From the human T2T-CHM13v2.0 reference genome, Homo sapiens: DNA of 64,000 nt. Position numbers and translations under genes: made by a program. The DNA lies in NCBI RefSeq assembly GCF_009914755.1, contig NC_060937.1; one strand, 5' to 3'. The notes beneath the pieces were generated by a model. That model did not search any database. It was not told where the DNA came from and saw nothing but the letters and a program-made list of their open reading frames with translations. Every line of letters begins with the position of its first letter. Within the stretch, counting starts at the first letter, position 1. This document shows, one piece after another, positions 55,840-64,000 of this stretch.

Positions 55840-56240
55840 CTATAGGCCTGTTTGGCCTCTGAATGTCTCTCTGAAATTGTATCTCAGAGTTTTTCTCTTA
55901 ACTAATTTCTTCAGCCACATTATCCTTCTTATAGTTCCTCAGAAAGAATGCTCCAAGTTTTCTACTGCTGTTTCTCTTACGTCTGTGCACAAAACTCTTC
56001 TTCCAAATCTACGTATTATTTGTATTTTTTCACTTTATCCGTATTTCTGTTATCACTTAAGAGAAGATTTCTCTAACCATCACCTCCAATTTACTTTTAT
56101 TCTGTTACCCCTTACTTTCTTAAAAGTTACAGGACTTATCATGATATGCAATGCTTATTGTCATTTGCCCCTACTAGATTCACGAGCAAAGGTACTTTTA
56201 TCATATTCACTACTCCACGCTCAGTGCCTGGCACATGTAA
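55840..56240 (+). mobile_element. L2 3' remnant
   Basis: ccctactagatt...gcaaaggtac...cagtgcctggcacat. Confidence 0.55.
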
Positions 56241-56333
56241 GTCAGTCAATGAGGATTCTCCAAAGAAACAGAACTAATTATGTAAAAAACATATATACAC
56301 ACGTATATATGTATACACACACATATAGATATA

Positions 56334-56364
<31 letters not shown>

Positions 56365-56896
56365 TCACTTCATCCTTTTTGTATATATACAATTGAGTTT
56401 GAATGGAGATCCTGTGTCTTGGTAAGCCACAGTAAATATGTCAGCTTTTATTCTAAGAAGGAAAGGCATTTAAATATATATATCATGAAAGAAAGAGATA
56501 AAAAAGACTGTAATGAATTGGTTCACACAATTATGGCAGATGACAAGTTTATGATCTCGAGAGAAGGCTAGCAGGCTGGAAACTGAAGGAAGAAATAATG
56601 ATGCAATCTTGAGTCTGAAATCTGAGGGCTGGAAACTCAGGTAGGGTTACTGTGTTGTAGTCTTGAGGCATAATTGCTTCTTCTATGGTAAACCATACAT
56701 AGCCTTGGCTCTCGAGGCCTTCAACTGATGAACTAAGGCCCACACACATGATGAAGAGTAGGCTGCTTTACTTAGTCTATTGATTTAAATTGTAATCACA
56801 TTAAAAAATATCATCACAGAAACATCAGACTGGTGTTTGACCAAACAACTGGGCACCATTACCTATCCAAGTTGATGCATAAAATTAACCTATACA
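56240..56896 (-). mobile_element. MLT2B-type LTR
   Basis: ggattctccaaagaaacagaac...aggccttcaactgat...gtttgaccaaacaactgggcacc...aagttgatgcataaaattaacc. Confidence 0.82.
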
Positions 56897-56916
56897 ATAA
56901 GTATTTGATTAAGTAT

Positions 56917-57457
56917 TGTATTAGTCAATGTTCTCTAGAAGGGCAGAACCAATAGGATTTATGTATATATGAAAGGGAGTTTATTAGGAGAATGGACTCA
57001 CATGATGACAAGGTGAAATCCTACGATAGGTCATCTGCAAGCTGAGGAGCAAGGAAGCCAGTCAAGTCCAAAAACCTTAAAAGTAGGGAAGCTGATAGTG
57101 CAGCCTTCAGTCTGTGGCCAAAGGCCCAAGAACCCCTGGCAAATCACTAGTTTAAGTCCAAGAGTCCAAAAGCTGAAGAACTTGGAGTCCGATGTTCGAT
57201 AGTAGGAAGCATCCAACACAGGAGAAAGATGAAGGCCAGAAGACTCCTCAAGTCTGGTCTTCCATCCTCTCTTGCCTGCTTTATTCTAGCTGTGCTGGCA
57301 GATGATTAGATGGCACCCACCCAGATTGAGGATGGATCTGCCCCTCCCAGTCCACTGACTCAAATGTTGATCTCCTTTGGCAACACCCTCACAGACCAGG
57401 AAGGATACTTTGCATCCTTCAATCCAATCAAGTTGACATTCAATATTATCCATTACA
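56917..57457 (-). mobile_element. MLT2A (HERVL) solo LTR
   Basis: tgtattagtc..gttctctaga...ccttcaatccaatcaagttgaca...ccattaca; TSD agtat on both sides. Confidence 0.9.
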
Positions 57458-58991
57458 AGTATTTAATCTTCGTGTTTAATTAATTAACATAGTAAATGAT
57501 CACCTCATTTCCTGTGCTCTATTTTCATGTCAGAGCATACAGGTAATGCAGTTGGTACCAGCATTCAGGCCCCAGGGGGAGATCTAAATCTTGAAATACT
57601 CTCCCAAATTCACGTGTTTGTTTATCATATTGATTTGTGGCGAACTTTAGGCAAAGCTTAATAATCATTTGGATAATATGTTTATTATGTAAATTGCCTG
57701 TAATTATTTGAAGATCTTGCATTTTGGATATTATGATGAGCAAGCTTAGCTTAGTGATTTCAATGTCAAAACGTTTAGTTACTTCAGATTTTCATTAAAA
57801 AAAGCTAAATCGTGTGTCAATATTCCATGCAGAATTGATTTAAAAATTACTGTTCTATTCTATGCTTATAAATATTACATATAATTTATACTCCTTATTT
57901 ATTGCTTAAGGGAATATAATGTTAATCTTGAGTTTAGCAACTTTGGAGGAACAAGCAATTTGAATTTCTTTTTAATACTATTAGTCTGAAAATTACAATT
58001 GGATAATAAACAGCATTATTTGGTGATTACAAAAAAATAAGCTTTTCTATAAGCATATTTAAGTTAAAATTGAGGTAATAAGTAAGGTTTATAAATTTCA
58101 AATGTAATTAAAACAAATATTTATAAACCAAGCAATTTTAGCAACATTTTGCTATTTGAAAAAAACTCTCTGACATTAACAACACTGAATAGACAATCGA
58201 AATTAAAAATAGAGATTGAAAGTATATCACAAACATTTTGGGTATGTATGCCTTTAAAAATTAATGTAGGTTTTGTATCATATGTATTCTGATACACATG
58301 ATACAACCTGTGTCATGATACAACCTGTATGAGTATCCCTTTGCATAAAATCACATTTAATAAGTCATTTGATTGATAAATATTTTTTCTAAGTATTAAC
58401 TCAAATTTTGAGGTTCAAAACAGAGAAGCCAATAAACAAAAACAACACTTACATTGGAAACAATTAGATCAGGTTGAATACACCTAAAAATTATTTACTA
58501 TTTCACTGAAAATTATGTCATAAAACGAAACTGGTAAAACATTCATGGCAGTTCCTTGCCAAGGAAACATAGTGGCAAATAAATAGTATGATTACTTTTC
58601 TGAATGAGGGTACAAAATATTAGGTAACCAGTATGATTTGGTTTTGAGTAAATTGAAATATATGCATTTATGTATGCATTTGGCTTGTGTGAAAATGAAA
58701 ATGAAATTGAATGGGAATATTGATTTGTTCCATGATGTGTCAGGTGACCTGAGGAAAATGGCTATGATGAAAATAGTTATTCAACCTTATTATGCTGAAA
58801 AATGCTTTACAGTCACTTTATACAGCATCTGGGAAACAACAGCAACTTTAAACCTCTTCTCTTTATTTTAATACTAATGAATTTATTACCTGCATAATAA
58901 AAATATAAATTACTGAAAAAAAACAGGATTACAGGTCATGAGATTGCCCAACATCTCATGAATTTGAAACTATTATAAAAAATATGGAAAG

Positions 58992-59393
<402 letters not shown>

Positions 59394-60031
59394 GAGGATA
59401 AAGGGCTTTCTTACAAGTAAGTTAGTAATATCACATTGTTACCTTACCTCCCAACAAATGTCAACAGAAGAATACTAATACATACATATAAACACAGTTA
59501 AGTCCTTCAAGAGTTTTTTATTCCATAAACACACATCTAAACGTTGTTGTACCTTTATCCCATCATTTGACTATTGCTAATCTAAAATACAATCTTGGTT
59601 TTACTCTCAGACATGGCTATTACTATAAAGGAGTGATGAGTACTTTGCACTTTTATAACTAGTCTGACATAGCTTATACCACTTCTTGTTCACTTTGATG
59701 AGGTTACCTGGCAACTTGAAAGTATTAATAGAGTTGAATTACAGATGGTTCTTTTCAATTTTGATCCTCTGTTGATTCTATGAGCAAAGCCACATAGAAG
59801 TGTATGCTTTAACAATATAAGTAAATATAATAATATAATGTGATAAATAAAATGACATCCTTTTAAGTTCTTCGTAATGCATGTTCTTTGTAAGTATAAA
59901 AAGAAAGTCCAATCTTTACCACCCTTTCTCTTGCCCTTTCCTATATAAAATACACCCTAAAGTCATTACCAAGCTTAACAACTTGTATTCTTCTAGATAC
60001 TTTTGGTGTATACATGTGTTTTTTAAGTTAA

Positions 60032-60337
<306 letters not shown>

Positions 60338-60499
60338 AAGTTAAATTTATTTCACACAGTAATACACTATTTTAATCAATGATATATCACATATATTTAT
60401 GTCATATATGCAGACTTTATTCTTTAGTTATTTCAGAGTAACTGCATAGAATGTATGTCCAATGATTTATTTTATTCCTCTTGTGAAGAATACTTAAGT

Positions 60500-60979
60500 T
60501 GACTCCAATCAGCATAGCTGATTTTTGTGTTTTGTTTGCTTGGGATGTGAGTGTGTGTGTCTGTCTGTGTACAGTCTTGCATACACACAGAAATTGACCC
60601 TTCTGGTCTTAAAGCTTGCAGCTTACATTTGTCTTATCTGAGATCCTTCCTCAGTAAAGGTCCCCCAGGCCTCTCAAAAAGTATCAAAGAAACTCACCAG
60701 ATCACCACCTACAGACGGTGAGACACCAGTCCCCTCATTCATTATGATTGCTTCCTTAGGCATTGGGAGCTCCTGTTATCCTATACATTGTTACATTTTT
60801 TTCCCCTGCTATATAAACCCCTAATTTTAGCCTATCAGGGAGATGGATTTGAGACTGGTCTTCCATCTCCTTGGCTGCAGCCCCTGATTAAAGCCTTCTT
60901 CCTTGGCAATAATCATTGTCTCAGTGATTGGCTTTCTGTGGAGCAAGCAGCAGACCAAATCTTTGGTGTTTCCGTAATA
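60500..60979 (+). mobile_element. ERV LTR (LTR47-like; 5' boundary uncertain)
   Basis: agaaattgacccttctggtcttaaagc...ctatataaacccc...attaaagccttcttccttggcaat...gtttccgtaata. Confidence 0.65.
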
Positions 60980-61689
60980 CTGTGACCCCATACAAGTCTT
61001 CTATTTTTAGGAAGATGTTGAGAACCTAATGAAAGACAAATGAATCAATGTGTTGTGTCATGTAACTATCTTACCTCATCCCACCTCATAGCAGGAAAAC
61101 TAGCATTCTAATGACTGATGTAATTACCTTGTAATGAAATCCTATTTTTAAGGGACAGATCATTAAAGTTCTCTTCTATATTTTATACCAACTTTATTTT
61201 ACTGGTAGCATATCTGCTCTTTAGGAAGAAAATATATTTTGGATTTTTATTATACAGTGTTTTTCAGATATATGTGATTTCTGATGACAAGCTTTAAAAA
61301 CCCAGGATACAATTTGCTTAGGTCTCCAATTGTAATAAAAGGATTTTTTTCAGATATTGATCTAATTCTCACATAAATGAATTAAACATAAACTGATCCA
61401 AAATGTACCTGTATTTATTATTCCCTTTGAATCTAGAGCAATACTGTCTTATTGGGTGAATAATTAATCTTACAATAGCATTACTTGATTTCATTCTTCT
61501 TGTTACCCTCACACCATAATTTATTAATTTGGGAATTTGAACATCCTAATTGTAAAGAATCTTCACCCGGAATACTCAAATACTCAAGAAAAGAAAAGAG
61601 TATATTTCCTTGGTTAATTCCACTAGCAATGAATAAAAAAGCAACAGCAACAACAAAAAATAAAACATAGTAGCTAATGTAAATTGTGC

Positions 61690-61905
61690 ACTCACAATCT
61701 GCCTGTCACTGTCCTGAAGGATTTCCTTGTATTCACTCACATAATCCTTGTAACAACCTTGTCATTCTTCCCATTTTATAAATGAGAAATTGAGGTGTGA
61801 GGATGAGATGTTAAATGATTTACTAGGATCACAAAAATAGTAAAAGGCAGAATTTTGATTCAAGATGAGTCAGGAGACTCCACATTCTTTAGTCTTAATC
61901 TAAAT
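61690..61905 (-). mobile_element. MIR
   Basis: cccattttataaatgagaaattgagg...ggatcacaaaaatagtaa. Confidence 0.7.
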
Positions 61906-62047
61906 GAGATTGAATTTCACCATATTTATTTATACACAAAATCTTATAATGAAGAGTTGCACCATATGATACAAAACTGGAATACATAATATTCTTATAT
62001 CTATCTTGTAGACTCATAGCCTAAATTACAATTACCCATTTTCCATT

Positions 62048-62191
62048 ACAAGGTCTCACTCTGTTGCTCAGGCTGGAGTGCAGTGGCACAATCCTGGCTC
62101 AGTGCAGCCTCAAACTCCTGGGTTCAAGTGATCCTCCTGTCTTGGCCTCCCAAAGTGCTGGAATTATAGGCATGAGCCACTGCACCCAGCC
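62048..62191 (-). mobile_element. FLAM (free left Alu monomer)
   Basis: Monomeric Alu-like element: gcagcctcaaactcctgggttcaagtgatcctcc. Confidence 0.85.
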
Positions 62192-62208
62192 AGCCCTGAG
62201 AGATATCT

Positions 62209-62505
62209 TTTTTATTATTAGTTTTTGAGACAGTCTTGCTTTGTTGCCTAGGCTGGAGTGTAGTGGTGTGATCTTGGCTCACTGCAACCTCTGCCTCCAG
62301 GGTTCAAGCTATTCTCCTGCCTCAGCCTCTTAAGCAGCTGGGATTACAGGTGCCCACCACCACACCCTGCTAATTTTTGTATTTTTGGTAGAGACTGGTT
62401 TCACCATGTTGGCCAGGCTGGTCTCGAACTTCTGACCTCAAATGATCTGCCTGCCTAGGCCTCCCAAAGTGCTGGAATTACAGGCGTGAGCCACCGCACC
62501 TGGCC
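62209..62505 (-). mobile_element. AluS
   Basis: Full dimer; TSD cctgagagatatctt / cctaagagatatctt. Confidence 0.95.
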
Positions 62506-64000
62506 TCCTAAGAGATATCTTAGTGGACATTTATACTTATCAATATGCACATGAGATGCAGGATATATAAAGTAAAATAAATTCTAACTACTGATGATGT
62601 TTAAAATCTTCACATTGATTTATTTCCTCTTTTATTATAATTAATAAATTTTTATTAGGTATAGTTTAGAAAATACAAAATATGAAATAAAAGAGAAAAA
62701 ACGCTTGTTGTTTAACCAACCAGAAATAATCACTTTTCTAATTTTAGTTTATCACGTTCCAGATACTGTTTAGATATAACCATTTTGAAATGATAGCCAT
62801 CATGGATAAACTGGTTTGTGAGATGACTTTTTCACTTTCTATTATATCATTTTTTTAATGGCATAAATATCTTTCTACAAAAATGTAATGAATGCATAAT
62901 GGGGTAGGCTTAAAACAATATTTTGAACGCCTTAGGGATGATATCTGCTTTGCTACTCTTATCAACACATGGTTGATAAAGTGGCTAATTTCATCACATC
63001 TGTGTCTGTGAAAACCTTGGGCTCATTTTTCTTGTACCCGGGTCGACAGGAATTTTGTGGTAGTTTCAGAAAAACTTGTACACACACACACACCACTTTA
63101 TATTAGAGAAAAAATAACCAAGATACAAAAATAAAATTTACCTAAGAATGAATAACTACTTGGATTTTCAAAACCAAATTTAATTTTATTAGAAAATTCT
63201 CATTTCCAGGTCAAGTTAAGGATGAGTCTTTATGATGTTGGCTGGCAGTAATAATTGATGAGAAAATATAGGGATCTTTTCTGTGACTTATGTTTGTTGA
63301 GCTCATAGAAGCCAAAATGCAGATTGGTTCCTGGAGGACTTATTATTCTCTGCTTTATGTGTGAAAGTCAAATGATCTAAATGTTTTGAATTCCAAGATT
63401 TAATTTATCTAGGATCTAGAAAATATTTCTCATATATTATTGTTGATGACAAAGCTCAAAATAAACTTTTAAAATGATTTTGGCTCTTTTGTCTAAATGT
63501 GAGCAAAAAAAGCACTTCTAGAAGTTTTTATGAATACAAGGTTGATGATATGTTCAACTTGGCACATAATGAATTTCACCTTATTTTTTAAATGACAAAT
63601 TACTATAAGCCATATGTTAATAGTCACTATATAAAACACATTTTATTTGTAAAACTGTAATTCTGTTTGTAAGGTAAATGTTCTACATAAGGACAGGTGA
63701 ATTCTAGGTTGTAATTACCATTAATATTCTGCTGGTACACCATGTATAGATAATACTGGAGATCTATATATAATTTTACACTTTAGGTTTTAATTGATAT
63801 TTTCTTGAACTTCTCTTTTGCAGTTAAGAACTGGAAATGAATCAGCTTGTATTTTTCCTCGTATTTGGACCCTGGTTAGTGGTCCTAAAAAAATTAAACC
63901 AAACTCATACAAACACCTATGATTTTGGCAGAATACACATTCTGAAAAATTTCTTTAGGTATAAAATTGAAATAAATCTGAGTCTCCTTTTTTTGTACAT

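Noticed and set aside
55823-56425. Longest ORF (200 aa)
   Set aside because: Non-ATG start; runs across L2, MLT2B and microsatellite; no recognisable domain.
58297-58328. 17-bp tandem duplication (similar short ones near 20650 and 30830)
   Set aside because: Ordinary slippage duplications with no further signal.

Overview
AT-rich, non-coding primate genomic DNA, most likely human or another ape (Alu J/S/Y-type SINEs, L1PA/L1PB, THE1, LTR12/ERV9, LTR7/HERV-H). I found no protein-coding gene, RNA gene or CRISPR array. The listed ORFs are chance ORFs or read through repeats, and the only real protein similarity is decayed L1 ORF2p C-terminus. The window is a mosaic of transposon relics, several with readable target-site duplications (TSDs), including two multi-layer nested insertions. 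The most unusual structures are: a ~2.1 kb TA-rich block whose midpoint holds a 48-bp perfect palindrome; a palindromic (GATAGATCTAGATCTATC)n Alu tail; a fold-back-derived minisatellite; an orphan L1 5'UTR; and two solo ERV LTRs that appear to have lost their TATA-type elements while keeping the enhancer parts. Repeat subfamily names come from recalled consensus sequences and need RepeatMasker/Dfam confirmation. I do not see support for a novel multi-gene biological system here.
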